This document shows positions 40,221 through 50,265 of a stretch of 64,000 bases of DNA, one piece after another. This DNA comes from Anaerolineae bacterium (GTDB taxonomy: Bacteria > Chloroflexota > Anaerolineae > SpSt-600): assembly GCA_025062375.1 (NCBI GenBank), contig JANXAG010000003.1, positions 35,613 through 99,612 of the forward strand. The letters run 5' to 3'. The number at the start of each line of letters is the position of its first letter. Position 1 is the first letter of the stretch. Position numbers and translations under genes: made by a program. The notes beneath the pieces are model-generated. The model saw nothing but the letters and a program-made list of their open reading frames with translations, did not search any database and was not told the origin of the DNA.

Positions 40221-40298
40221 TTCCGACCTCCAATTAATTTTAGCACAAAAACGCCAATATGGGAAAAAGGAGCCTGGTGAAGTCAAGCTCACCTAAGT

Positions 40299-40327
40299 TT
40301 GACACCTGATAGCCTTTAAAGTATAAT
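40299..40327 (+). promoter_or_regulatory. near-consensus sigma70 promoter for secDF (TTGACA-17-TATAAT)
   Basis: TTGACA at 40299-40304 and TATAAT at 40322-40327. RBS AAGGAGG precedes the TTG start at 40360. Confidence 0.6.
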
Positions 40328-40359
40328 CCGCCACAGATTTTGCAAAAAAGGAGGAGCAA

Positions 40360-41826
40360 TTGCGAGAGCGAAACCTTCTAATCCTTCTTGGGATAATTCT
40401 TCTGGTTGCCTTTTGCCTGTGGATTGACCTACCCCAAACAGAAGCTCTTAGCCTTCAATTAGGGCCTCTTAAAATTTACCGGGAGATAAAGTTTCGTCTT
40501 GGCCTCGATTTGAGAGGAGGCCTTCAGGTAGTTCTGGAAGCTGATCCTCCACCGGGTGAGAAGGTTACCCCCGAAAGTATGGAGGCGGTTCGTAATATAA
40601 TCCAGAACCGAGTTGACGGCATGGGTGTAGTGGAAGCTGTAGTCCAGCGCCAGGGAGAAAACCGCATCCTTGTGGAACTCCCTGGCCTTGTAAACCCTGA
40701 TGAGGCTATTGCCACTTTAAAGGCTACAGGGCGATTGGAGTTTGTGGAGGCGGGACTGACCCCATTGCCTGAAGGCCTGAAAATCTTGACAACCTATGAA
40801 GTTCCCCTAGAGCCCTCACCAACCGAAACCATTACCCCCACCCCGGGAGCTGCTCCTACCCCCACGCCTACAATTACTCCTACCGTAACTCTAACCCCCA
40901 CCACCGAAATTACCCCCACCCCGCAGGTTTACAGGACCATAATGACCGGTAAACACCTTAAGTCGGCAAGGGTTGGGAGTGATGAATTCGGCAGGCCGGA
41001 AATAGACTTTGAACTCACCCGCGAAGGGGCCGAAATTTTCGCCAAATACACAACGGAGCACCAGGGGGAGTTCCTGGCTATCGTAATGGATGGAATTGTC
41101 ATCTCATGTCCCCAGATAAAAGAACCGATAACTGATGGGATGGGGAGGATAACCAGTGAAAAAGGTTTTACTCTGGAGGAGGCAAGGCGTCTGGCCATTA
41201 TCCTCCAGTACGGTGCTCTCCCTGTTCCCCTTAAAGTTATACAGACCAGAATTATAGGCCCAACTTTAGGGCAGGATTCAATCCAGAAAAGCATAAGGGC
41301 GGGTATAATAGGGGTAATAGTGGTCTTGACCTTTATGCTCACATATTACCGGCTCCCAGGCTTCCTAGCCGACCTCGCTCTTATCTCTTATGGTCTCATA
41401 AACCTTGCCATATATAAGTTTGGAATTCCTGGCTTATTCCCCGGGGTTACCCTGAGCTTACCAGGTATAACGGGCTTTCTCCTTTCCACAGGAATGGCCG
41501 TTGACGCTAACATCCTGATCTTTGAGAGAATGAAAGAAGAACTGCGTCAAGGTAGGCCACTGTCGGCAGCTATTGAGGCTGGCTTCAACCGGGCCTGGAC
41601 TTCTATCAGGGATGCTAACCTTTCAACGCTTCTTACCTGCATAGTCCTTTACTGGTTTGGTTCTAATTTCGGGGCGAGTATGGTGAAAGGGTTCGCCGTT
41701 ACCCTTTTCATAGGGGTTTGCGTAAGCATGTTCACCGCGGTCACCATGACCCGAACTCTTGTAACTTTCGTCTTCGACCTGAGCGGACGGTTCTTAGAGA
41801 AGAGACGGTGGCTTCTGGGAGTTTAA
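40360..41826 (+). CDS. secD: protein translocase subunit SecD
   Basis: 488 aa with a periplasmic domain carrying a Pro/Thr linker, and C-terminal 6-TM RND-like motifs. Confidence 0.9.
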   Translation: MRERNLLILLGIILLVAFCLWIDLPQTEALSLQLGPLKIYREIKFRLGLDLRGGLQVVLEADPPPGEKVTPESMEAVRNIIQNRVDGMGVVEAVVQRQGENRILVELPGLVNPDEAIATLKATGRLEFVEAGLTPLPEGLKILTTYEVPLEPSPTETITPTPGAAPTPTPTITPTVTLTPTTEITPTPQVYRTIMTGKHLKSARVGSDEFGRPEIDFELTREGAEIFAKYTTEHQGEFLAIVMDGIVISCPQIKEPITDGMGRITSEKGFTLEEARRLAIILQYGALPVPLKVIQTRIIGPTLGQDSIQKSIRAGIIGVIVVLTFMLTYYRLPGFLADLALISYGLINLAIYKFGIPGLFPGVTLSLPGITGFLLSTGMAVDANILIFERMKEELRQGRPLSAAIEAGFNRAWTSIRDANLSTLLTCIVLYWFGSNFGASMVKGFAVTLFIGVCVSMFTAVTMTRTLVTFVFDLSGRFLEKRRWLLGV

Positions 41827-41842
41827 AGGGGAAGGAGGCAAA

Positions 41843-42775
41843 ATGTATAACATCATTGAGAAAAGGTACTGGTTCTTCGGCCTTTCTTTGCTCATAATAA
41901 TTCCAGGCTTGATAGCTATGGCCATTTCTCTGGCACGATTTGGAGCCCCCTGGAAGCTTTCCATTGATTTCACCGGTGGAACCTTAATGGAACTGCGCTT
42001 CGAACAGAAAGTTTCCCCCGAAAGGATTTACACAATTTTCACCAATTTAGGCTACGGGGACACCACAGTCCAGACCACAGCCGACGAGAAAACCGCCCTT
42101 ATAAAATGCAAAACCTTAGACGAAGAAGCTAAGGTTAAGGTTCAAGAAGAACTGAGGAAAGAGTTTGGCCCCTTTGAGGAACTGCGCTATGAATCCATAG
42201 GGCCCGCTGTCGGAAGGGAAGTGACGAGGGCAGCCACCCTGGCGGTGATCGCGGCTTCCTTCATAATCCTGAGTTTCATTGTATTTGCCTTTCGGAAAGT
42301 CCCCAACGCCCTACGCTATGGAGTCTGTGCTATAATCGCCATGGTTCACGACGTCCTTGTAGCCACGGGCCTCTTCTCCATAGCCGGCCTGCTAATAGGG
42401 TGGGAAGTGGATGCCCTCTTCATAACTGCTCTCTTAACGGTGATAGGCTTTTCAGTGCAGGATACTATTGTTGTTTTTGACCGGATAAGAGAAAATACTC
42501 CCAAGCGCCGGGGCGAACCTTTTGAGGTCATAGTCACCCGGAGCCTTCTGGAGACCTTCCATCGTTCTCTGGTCACTCAGCTAAACGCCATATTTGTCCT
42601 TTCGGCAATTCTTCTTTTCGGAGGTGCTACCATAAAGCAATTTGTGACCGTCCTCCTGGTAGGGCTTATGAGTGGAACCTACTCCTCAATCTTTAACGCA
42701 GTCCCCCTTCTGGTGGTGTGGGAGAACAGAGAAATCCAAAAATTTATAGCCAGAGTCTTTGCTCGGAGTTCTTAA
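41843..42775 (+). CDS. secF: protein translocase subunit SecF
   Basis: 310 aa, SecF topology and motifs. Confidence 0.9.
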   Translation: MYNIIEKRYWFFGLSLLIIIPGLIAMAISLARFGAPWKLSIDFTGGTLMELRFEQKVSPERIYTIFTNLGYGDTTVQTTADEKTALIKCKTLDEEAKVKVQEELRKEFGPFEELRYESIGPAVGREVTRAATLAVIAASFIILSFIVFAFRKVPNALRYGVCAIIAMVHDVLVATGLFSIAGLLIGWEVDALFITALLTVIGFSVQDTIVVFDRIRENTPKRRGEPFEVIVTRSLLETFHRSLVTQLNAIFVLSAILLFGGATIKQFVTVLLVGLMSGTYSSIFNAVPLLVVWENREIQKFIARVFARSS

Positions 42776-44565
42776 TGAAAAGGGCCAGCTTTCTGGCGCC
42801 CCTGGCCTTAGGAATCGGAGGGCTTTGTCTTTACCTCCGCACAATGGCCCCTTCGGTTTCAACGATTTTTGACGATAGTCTGGAGTTCCAGGTCGTTTGC
42901 CCAACACTGCGCATAGCTCATCCGCCCGGATACCCCCTTTACACCCTTTTAGGCTGGCTATTTTCTCACCCTCCCGGAGTAGATCCTGCCTGGGGGGTAA
43001 ATCTGCTTTCGGCAGTAGCAGGAGCCGCAACCCTCGTAGCCCTCTACTTTCTCGCCCAACTGTTCTCACCAGAAGCTGCCTTCATTGCTCCTCTTTATCT
43101 TGCCCTCTCGCCTATTTTCTGGTCACAAGCGACCGTAGCTGAAGTTTATGCCCTTCATGCTCTAATCGTAGCCTCGGCCCTTACCTTTATTTTCAAAGCC
43201 ATAGAAAACAAAAAATTCTTGCCCTGGGCAGCTCTTATGGTGGGCCTTGGTCTCGCCCATCATAGAACTTCCATCTTTTTGCTCTTGCCTCTTGCGTTGG
43301 TCTTCTTCAGGGACAAAACGCAAAATAAAAATAAAATTTTAGCCCTTTTTGCCCTTATTCTGCCACTGGCTTTTTATTTTTATCTACCCTTAAGGGGGAT
43401 GAAAGTCACCTCCCTTGACGGAACATACACCAACACCTTTGAGGGCTTCCTTCGCTGGGTTACGGCTTCAGACTACGGAGTTTTCTTCAAAGAGAGCCCT
43501 CTGGCACGCCCGACTCCTCTGAGCTGGCATTTGAAACTGTGGCTCTCTCAGTTCGGACCCATTGGAATTGTTTTAGGGCTTATAGGCCTGAGCCGGTTGA
43601 GGTCATATAAAGCAATTTTGTGGTGGTTAACCTTCATGCCTTTCACCCTCTTTGCTTTCATATACCGTGTCCCCGACCCCGAGGTGTTTTTCATACCGTC
43701 GTTTCTCCTTTTTTCATTAGCTATAAGTGAAGGGGTGAGCTTGATTTTGAGCCTGAGGCGCTTGCTTCTGAGGTGGGCTCTGCTGGTTATGGCGTTGCTT
43801 CAGCCTCTTTTTATTGGAGTAAAAAATTTCCACAAACTGGATCGCAGCCAAAATGTTGAAGTTTACGCTCTTGGGGCATCTATGATTTCATCCGCAGCAG
43901 GGAACTCACCGGTAGTAATTGGACTTCTTGGGGAAAGGACTCTCATGAGCTACTTTCAAGATCTATATGGCCTCAATCCTGATGCCACTCTGATTGCCGC
44001 CGACCGCGAAGAGGAAAGGCTAAAAGCTGTAGAAAAGGCTCTGGCTGAAGGTCGCGCGGTATATCTTACCCGGCCCTTGCCTGGCCTTCCGAATCATTTC
44101 AGGCTCTGGGCTCAGGGCAATTTAATCCGGGTTTGGGATTCTTCCCCCCCCGAGGTTGTTCCTAAAAAAGTGGTGGGAGCTGAAATAGCAGAAGGACTTA
44201 AGCTTGAGGGTTATGAGCTTTTAATTCTTCCGGGACCACCCAGGCGCTGGCCTGTACCTCCCGTACCTCTTCAAATCAGGGTTAACCTTTACTGGAGAAC
44301 TTTAAAACCCTTCAACGAAGAGCTCAAAATATCGGTGCGCTTCTACAATGCCGAAGGCGAAATGCTTATCCAGAGTGACAAAATTCCGGTGCACTTTGCT
44401 TATCCCATTACGAAGTGGAAACCGGGGGAATTAATTTTGGATTCTTACGATTTTCTATTAAAAGCCACCAAAGGCCCTCCGGTGAAGCTGGTGATAATAG
44501 CTTATGAACCATCCTCTTTGGCTGAGAAAGGGCGAATAGAACTTGCAGTAGATAAACACCCATAA
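42775..44565 (+). CDS. polytopic membrane glycosyltransferase, DUF2723/GT39-like paralog
   Basis: Start overlaps the secF stop (TAATG). More than 10 TM helices, then a soluble C-terminal domain (..VRFYNAEGEMLIQSD..PGE..LDSYDF..). Confidence 0.6.
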   Translation: MKRASFLAPLALGIGGLCLYLRTMAPSVSTIFDDSLEFQVVCPTLRIAHPPGYPLYTLLGWLFSHPPGVDPAWGVNLLSAVAGAATLVALYFLAQLFSPEAAFIAPLYLALSPIFWSQATVAEVYALHALIVASALTFIFKAIENKKFLPWAALMVGLGLAHHRTSIFLLLPLALVFFRDKTQNKNKILALFALILPLAFYFYLPLRGMKVTSLDGTYTNTFEGFLRWVTASDYGVFFKESPLARPTPLSWHLKLWLSQFGPIGIVLGLIGLSRLRSYKAILWWLTFMPFTLFAFIYRVPDPEVFFIPSFLLFSLAISEGVSLILSLRRLLLRWALLVMALLQPLFIGVKNFHKLDRSQNVEVYALGASMISSAAGNSPVVIGLLGERTLMSYFQDLYGLNPDATLIAADREEERLKAVEKALAEGRAVYLTRPLPGLPNHFRLWAQGNLIRVWDSSPPEVVPKKVVGAEIAEGLKLEGYELLILPGPPRRWPVPPVPLQIRVNLYWRTLKPFNEELKISVRFYNAEGEMLIQSDKIPVHFAYPITKWKPGELILDSYDFLLKATKGPPVKLVIIAYEPSSLAEKGRIELAVDKHP

Positions 44566-44710
44566 GCTTCGAAAATAGAACCCTGGGCGGACTAGCCTTC
44601 TCAACTTCACCCAGTGCAAAACAGAAAGCTGGATTAGACATTCCCTCCAGACAGCACTCCCACCACCTTAAAATAGCCTTGCCCTCCTTCCTGCAAACCC
44701 TCCGCGTTCC

Positions 44711-44739
44711 TTGACAAAATAAAAAGCATAAATTAACAT
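44711..44739 (+). promoter_or_regulatory. predicted pstS promoter (TTGACA-17-TAACAT)
   Basis: A consensus -35 with a weaker -10, 30 nt upstream of the RBS GGGGAGGAG. Confidence 0.35.
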
Positions 44740-44771
44740 TCTGGAAGCAAACTGGCGGGGAGGAGAAACGG

Positions 44772-45725
44772 ATGATGAGAAGATGGCCTTTGCTTTTTAT
44801 CGTTACGATTTTTACTTTAACCATGTGCAAGGCACCCCCCACTCCCCAAGGCCTTAGCGGCAACATTATTGTAGACGGCTCCAGCACTGTTTATCCCATC
44901 ACCGAAGCTATGGCCGAAGAATTCCAGAAGTTAAATCCCAACGTCCGCATTACTGTGGGTATTTCAGGGACAGGGGGCGGTTTCAGGAAATTCTGCGCAA
45001 AAGAGATCGATATAGTAAACGCTTCAAGAGCCATAAAGGCTTTAGAAGTGGAGGAGTGCCGTAAAAATGGGGTGGAGTTCATAGAACTTAAGGTGGCCTT
45101 CGACGGATTGGCGGTGGTGGTTAACCCCCAAAACGATTGGGTGGATTACCTGACAGTGGAAGAATTAAAGAAAATATGGGAGCCTGAAGCCCAGGAGAAA
45201 ATAACCCGCTGGAGCCAGATTCGGCCCAACTGGCCCGATAAAGAGCTGCGCCTCTATGGCCCAGGGGTTGATTCAGGAACATATGATTATTTCACTGAGG
45301 TAATAGTCGGAAAAGGTGGAAGCAGCCGAGGAGATTTCCTGGCCAGTGAGGATGATAACGTGTTAGTTCAAGGAGTGGCTTCAGACCCGCTGGCTCTGGG
45401 CTATTTCGGTTTGGCCTATTACGAAGAGAATGCCGATAGACTTAAACTTGTTCCCATAGACGCAGGGGCTGGCCCCATCCTCCCCTCGTATGAGACCGTA
45501 ATTAAAGGACTCTACAAACCTCTTTCACGGCCCCTTTTTATTTACGTGAACAAGTCTGCAGCAGAGCGCCCAGAAGTCCAGGCTTTTGTGGAATTTTACC
45601 TCAACCCCCAGAATGCTGGGAAGCTGGTGAGAGAGGTGGGCTATATCCCTCTGCCTGAGGAAGAGCTGAGAAAAGCTCTTGAACGATTCAGAAAAAGGGT
45701 GACAGGCTCTGAATATGCTCATTAA
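44772..45725 (+). CDS. pstS: phosphate ABC transporter substrate-binding protein PstS (orphan, no pstCAB nearby)
   Basis: Lipoprotein signal (LTMC) and the PstS family motif [20 protein letters not shown]. Confidence 0.8.
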   Translation: MMRRWPLLFIVTIFTLTMCKAPPTPQGLSGNIIVDGSSTVYPITEAMAEEFQKLNPNVRITVGISGTGGGFRKFCAKEIDIVNASRAIKALEVEECRKNGVEFIELKVAFDGLAVVVNPQNDWVDYLTVEELKKIWEPEAQEKITRWSQIRPNWPDKELRLYGPGVDSGTYDYFTEVIVGKGGSSRGDFLASEDDNVLVQGVASDPLALGYFGLAYYEENADRLKLVPIDAGAGPILPSYETVIKGLYKPLSRPLFIYVNKSAAERPEVQAFVEFYLNPQNAGKLVREVGYIPLPEEELRKALERFRKRVTGSEYAH

Positions 45726-48657
45726 AAGGGCTGAGCGAGGGCTAAAAAAGAGCGCCTTTGCCCTGTATGCTTTGGCTTTAACTTTCATTCTGATTTTAGC
45801 TTTGGCCTTTGTACTGAAGCCCAAGTCGAAAGATTTCACGCCTTTCCTTCTGCCTGCCTCACCTTACATCACCTCACCTGGTATAAATGTGGAACTTGAA
45901 AGCCTCAACGATGAAGAGCTACAGAAGACTCTGGACCTTCTATACCAAGCGGGTTTTCAATGGGTCCGGCAGCGTTTCCCGTGGGAAAAAATAGAACCGG
46001 AGAAGGGAAATTTTGACTGGGAAAATTGGGATAGAATTGTTAACGCCCTCAAAGACCGCGGCTTTAAGATCCTGGCAGTTCTTGACACTTCACCAAGGTG
46101 GGCTCGCCGCCCAGAAGACGCTTCCTGTTCAACAGCCCCACCAGCTGAAAGTTATTTCTTTGGAGATTTCGCTGAAGCCTTTGCTCGCCGTTACGGCCCC
46201 TTTATTGATGCCTATCAAATCTGGGATGAGCCTAACATCTATCCCCACTGGGGTGAAAGATGGGTTGACCCTGAGGGCTATGTTGCCCTGCTCAAGGAGA
46301 GTTTCATCCGGATAAAGAGCGCCGACCCCAATGCCCTCATTTTAACGGCAGGGCTCGCTCCTACTTCCGAAAAAGGCCCCATTAACTTGAACGAAGAAGA
46401 TTTCCTTCGGAAAATGCTGGCTTCCGGCGCAGAGGAGTTTTTTGATATATGGGCCTTCAAAGCTTTTGGATTTGATTATCAGCCCTCTGATCCACCTTCT
46501 CCCGAAAAGCTTAACTTCCGCCGGCCTGAGCTTCTGGCTCATCTGGCCCAGGGGAAACCTGTATGGATTGTGGAGGCAGGATGGAATGCTCTTCCTGCTG
46601 ACTGGCAAGGCGGGAAATCCATCTGGGGGTCTGTTACGGAAGAAGAGCAGGCTCAGTGGACCAGAGAGGCTATGCGATGGGCTGGGGAGAAATGGGGATG
46701 GCCTGTATTTTTAACCCACTTCAGACCCCAAGCTGCCCCCGATGACCCCCGCTGGGGCTTCGCCCTCGTGTGGCAGGATTGGACCCCCCGCCCTGTTTAT
46801 TATGCGGTTGCAAGCTTCAAACCCTCCCCAGTGCTTCCCCCCGGCGCTCACAAACCTGACCATCCAGCCATCCGTTATCGAGGAGCTTGGCGTATTTCCC
46901 CCTACGGAGCCGATATTCCCCATGGAGCTCAAGGCAATGTTTCCCTTGAGTTTTCCTTTAGCGGAACCGGACTTGATATCCTGGTGCGGAGAGGCAGCTA
47001 CAAGGCTTTCCTTTTCGTTAAGGTGGACGGCAAACCCTCAAATGTCCTGCCTAAGGATTCAGCCGGAAGAAGTTACTTGGTCCTCTACGATCCCCTCTAT
47101 CGCACCTCGGCCATTTCCATAGCCCGAAACCTCACCTATGGTATACATCACGTAGAAATTACCGCCGATGGTGGATGGGGCCAGTGGGCAATTGCTGGGT
47201 TCAGGGTAAGAGGGGAGGAAAAGGTTTCCCTCTGGCCCATCATGCTTATTTTAGCTTTATACTTGCTTGCCCTTTTTGCCCCCTTTTTGCTGAAAGCCCT
47301 CGATTTTATCCCCATCCCCAAGGTGCAGAAGAAATGGCTCCTGGCTTTCTTACCTCTGGCTATCCTTTGGTATTTACTGCCACCTTCGATCTCATTGCTT
47401 TCCATTCCGCTGTGGCTTCTGGCCTTCTATCTTTGGCCAGAGATAGGCCTCGCCCTCACCGTTTTCGCTACCCCTTTCTTCCTTCTGCCTAAAGATCTCA
47501 TAGTAAAGAGCTTTTCCCCTCAAGAGCTCGCCCTAGCGTTAACAACTGTGGCTGTTCTCTTTCGGTACAGAAAAGACCTCAGATTTCACCTGACGGGGGT
47601 GGATCTGGCAGTGAGTGCTTTGGTCGCGCTGGGAGCTTTGTCCCTCCTCTGGGCTGATAATTTCGGGGTTGCTGCCTATGAGTTCCGCAGGGTCGTGGTG
47701 GAATCGGCCATCTTCTACGGCCTCATCGTTTTGGTCCGAAGGAAAGACCCCCATTCTTTGCCCCTTTTAGCTGATGCTCTTGTGGCTGGTGCCCTGGCAG
47801 TTTCTCTGGTGGGAATTTGCCAATTCTTCCAGGGTCAGGTCATTGCAGTGGAAGGGGTGAAAAGGGTTAAGGCTTTTTATGGGTCTCCCAACAACCTTGC
47901 TCTTTTCCTGGGAAGGGTAGTGCCTGTCATCCTGGCGTTGGCTCTTTCGGGAGGGAGCATTAGAAAATGGCTTTACCTGGCAGCAGGAGCTTTTATTCTG
48001 CCTGCCCTTTACCTCACCTTCTCCCGGGGAGCTCTTTTCCTCGGCATCCCGGTGGCCATGCTCTTTGTCTTTTACATGAGGGGTAAAAGGGCCATCGTGC
48101 CCGCTGCCCTTACCCTGGCCCTTCTGGTTCTGGCCCTCCTCCCCTGGTTCTGGACCGCCCGCTTTTCTTCCCTTCTGGATTTGGAAAAAGGCACTGGCTT
48201 TTTCCGCATAAAGCTGTGGCAAGCCTCTTTGAATATGCTCAAAGATAGTCCCGTCCTGGGAGTAGGCCTTGATAATTTCCTATACCAGTATAGGACCCGT
48301 TACGTTCTGCCAGAAGCCTGGCAGGAACTCAATCTCTCCCACCCCCACAATTTTTTCCTGGATTGGTGGACAAGGCTGGGCATAGGAGGGCCTGTTGTTC
48401 TGGGCTGGATCCTCTGGGAATTTTTCCGACGAGGTGCGAAATATTACAGGCTTATGCCGGAGGGCGAAGCAAAAGCCTTATTGTTGGGCTTCATGGGGGC
48501 GATGGTGGAAACGTTAGCCCATGGGCTTGTGGATCACTCTTTTTTCCTGCCTGACCTGGCTTTTGTATTTATGCTGACTCTGGCATGGGTTCGCCATGAA
48601 GGAGAGGATAAAGAGGTGGCTGAAAACCCTGGTGGAAATCCCGAGTCCTACGGGTGA
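45715..48657 (+). CDS. fusion protein: N-terminal TM anchor, a GH-A (GH5/GH42-like) glycoside-hydrolase-like domain, and a C-terminal O-antigen ligase/polymerase (WaaL/Wzy-like) polytopic domain
   Basis: N-terminal half: [23 protein letters not shown] (NEP-like acid/base) and WIVEAGWNA (nucleophile-like). C-terminal half: about 10 TM helices with the [10 protein letters not shown]-antigen-ligase signature. Confidence 0.6.
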   Translation: MLIKRAERGLKKSAFALYALALTFILILALAFVLKPKSKDFTPFLLPASPYITSPGINVELESLNDEELQKTLDLLYQAGFQWVRQRFPWEKIEPEKGNFDWENWDRIVNALKDRGFKILAVLDTSPRWARRPEDASCSTAPPAESYFFGDFAEAFARRYGPFIDAYQIWDEPNIYPHWGERWVDPEGYVALLKESFIRIKSADPNALILTAGLAPTSEKGPINLNEEDFLRKMLASGAEEFFDIWAFKAFGFDYQPSDPPSPEKLNFRRPELLAHLAQGKPVWIVEAGWNALPADWQGGKSIWGSVTEEEQAQWTREAMRWAGEKWGWPVFLTHFRPQAAPDDPRWGFALVWQDWTPRPVYYAVASFKPSPVLPPGAHKPDHPAIRYRGAWRISPYGADIPHGAQGNVSLEFSFSGTGLDILVRRGSYKAFLFVKVDGKPSNVLPKDSAGRSYLVLYDPLYRTSAISIARNLTYGIHHVEITADGGWGQWAIAGFRVRGEEKVSLWPIMLILALYLLALFAPFLLKALDFIPIPKVQKKWLLAFLPLAILWYLLPPSISLLSIPLWLLAFYLWPEIGLALTVFATPFFLLPKDLIVKSFSPQELALALTTVAVLFRYRKDLRFHLTGVDLAVSALVALGALSLLWADNFGVAAYEFRRVVVESAIFYGLIVLVRRKDPHSLPLLADALVAGALAVSLVGICQFFQGQVIAVEGVKRVKAFYGSPNNLALFLGRVVPVILALALSGGSIRKWLYLAAGAFILPALYLTFSRGALFLGIPVAMLFVFYMRGKRAIVPAALTLALLVLALLPWFWTARFSSLLDLEKGTGFFRIKLWQASLNMLKDSPVLGVGLDNFLYQYRTRYVLPEAWQELNLSHPHNFFLDWWTRLGIGGPVVLGWILWEFFRRGAKYYRLMPEGEAKALLLGFMGAMVETLAHGLVDHSFFLPDLAFVFMLTLAWVRHEGEDKEVAENPGGNPESYG

Positions 48658-49648
48658 GGAGGGGGGTTTTCAGCTCTACCTTAGAGAAAACCTCCACAAG
48701 CTTGGCTTTGAAAGTGAGCTTCAGGAGGTAGCTCCCTCCAGGCCCAACTTACTGGCGTGGCGGGGCGTAAGTCCTCTCCTTATTGTCACCCACTCTGATA
48801 CATCACCTGCGTCGGAATACAACCTCAGGGAGGAAGGAGGTTTCTTCTATGGCCCGGGCGTGGCCGATGCTAAGGGCCAAATTGCTGCTCTCCTCAGCGT
48901 TCTGGAGATAAACCCTTCCCCATTAACCTTAGCTTTCACAGTAGATGAAGAAGCCCGAGGAGAGGGCAGCAAGAATCTCTGCCTTCCCCCATGGGTCAAG
49001 ATGGCAGTGGTTCTGGAGCCCACGGAACTCAAGGTAGCTATAGCCCAGTCCGGCTCTCTGGACCTGGAGATGGTGATAAAAGGGGAAAAGGCTCATGGTG
49101 CCTATCCGGAAGCAGGAGAAAATGCCATCCTCAAAGCCTTTGAAGTTATAGCCAAAATTCAAAGTTTGGAGTTCATGCAGCTGGAACATCACCTCCTGGG
49201 CAAGCCTCACATAATGCCTTACTGGATAAAAGGAGGACACCCTGAGCTTTACCTTGTGCCCGATGAGGCCTTGCTCCGCTTTGATCTCAAGCTGGTACCT
49301 CCTCTTTCGCCAGAAATGGTTCTGGCGGAAATACAAGAAGCTGTAGCTCATTACGGCTATATCAAAGTGCTGGATTTTGATCCACCTTTTGAAATCTCGC
49401 CCGAAGCTCAGATAGTCAACCTGGTCAAGGAATCTATCCGTTTGGCCTCAGGGCAAGAAGCTGAGCTTACGGGCATGCCCAGCTGGACCGATGCTGAACC
49501 CCTGTATCGTAAAGGGATTGAGGTAGTCATTTTTGGAGCAGGAAACCTTTCGCTGGCCCATACGGAAAAAGAGCAAATAAATATCGGAGAGTTGATGGAA
49601 CTGGCAGCAGTGTTAGATAAGCTTATTCTTCTGACTTCTCAGGGTTAG
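48596..49648 (+). CDS. M20-family metallopeptidase/deacylase (ArgE/DapE-like)
   Basis: N-terminal [13 protein letters not shown] plus metal-binding H/D/E pattern. Overlaps the preceding gene by about 60 nt. Confidence 0.7.
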   Translation: MKERIKRWLKTLVEIPSPTGEEGGFQLYLRENLHKLGFESELQEVAPSRPNLLAWRGVSPLLIVTHSDTSPASEYNLREEGGFFYGPGVADAKGQIAALLSVLEINPSPLTLAFTVDEEARGEGSKNLCLPPWVKMAVVLEPTELKVAIAQSGSLDLEMVIKGEKAHGAYPEAGENAILKAFEVIAKIQSLEFMQLEHHLLGKPHIMPYWIKGGHPELYLVPDEALLRFDLKLVPPLSPEMVLAEIQEAVAHYGYIKVLDFDPPFEISPEAQIVNLVKESIRLASGQEAELTGMPSWTDAEPLYRKGIEVVIFGAGNLSLAHTEKEQINIGELMELAAVLDKLILLTSQG

Positions 49649-50111
49649 TTTCGTCAAGAACCCACCTTTCCCACACGTCGTAAGTGTCGGAAGGGCGAAA
49701 GCCGAATTTCCGGTAAAGCCTTTTAGCAGGCTTATTTTCCTTCCCCACCCACAGACCTATGCGTTTCCTTTTCTTGGAACGTAGGAACTTGATAATGTGT
49801 GAGAGAAGAGCGGTCCCCAGCCCTCTCCTGCGGTAAGCGGGGGAAATCACCAGTTCATGTATTTCGCCCACGATTTCCTTCCCCCAGAACCACCGGCTAT
49901 GGGCTGAAACAAAACCCACAACTTTTCCCTCCTCTTTCACCACGAAGAAGCCGGACGGGTCGCCCTTGTAAAGCCAGTTTAAATAGCGTCTGACCATCCA
50001 TGGCTCTCTGTATGCATACATTTCCAGACCCTGGTAGCCCTCCAAGTAAATTTTCACCAGTTCCTCCCGAAGACGTTTGAACTCTTCTTTGCTCAAACTC
50101 TCTATCTCCAT
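49623..50111 (-). CDS. GNAT-family N-acetyltransferase
   Basis: Acetyl-CoA binding motif RRRGLGTALL. Confidence 0.75.
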   Translation of the reverse strand: MEIESLSKEEFKRLREELVKIYLEGYQGLEMYAYREPWMVRRYLNWLYKGDPSGFFVVKEEGKVVGFVSAHSRWFWGKEIVGEIHELVISPAYRRRGLGTALLSHIIKFLRSKKRKRIGLWVGKENKPAKRLYRKFGFRPSDTYDVWERWVLDETNPEKSEE

Positions 50112-50265
50112 GTTGCCTCCATTAAAATTCTACTCCTGTTGCAACTTAAGCTCAAGGGAAGAAAAGTGGCCTCAGCTTCCTGCTGGACAAGACCTTTTCT
50201 TTTAACCCTTGTTCCGGTATAATGGTGCTGGGATGGGTCGAAATGCAAAGCGGAGAGGAAAGGCT

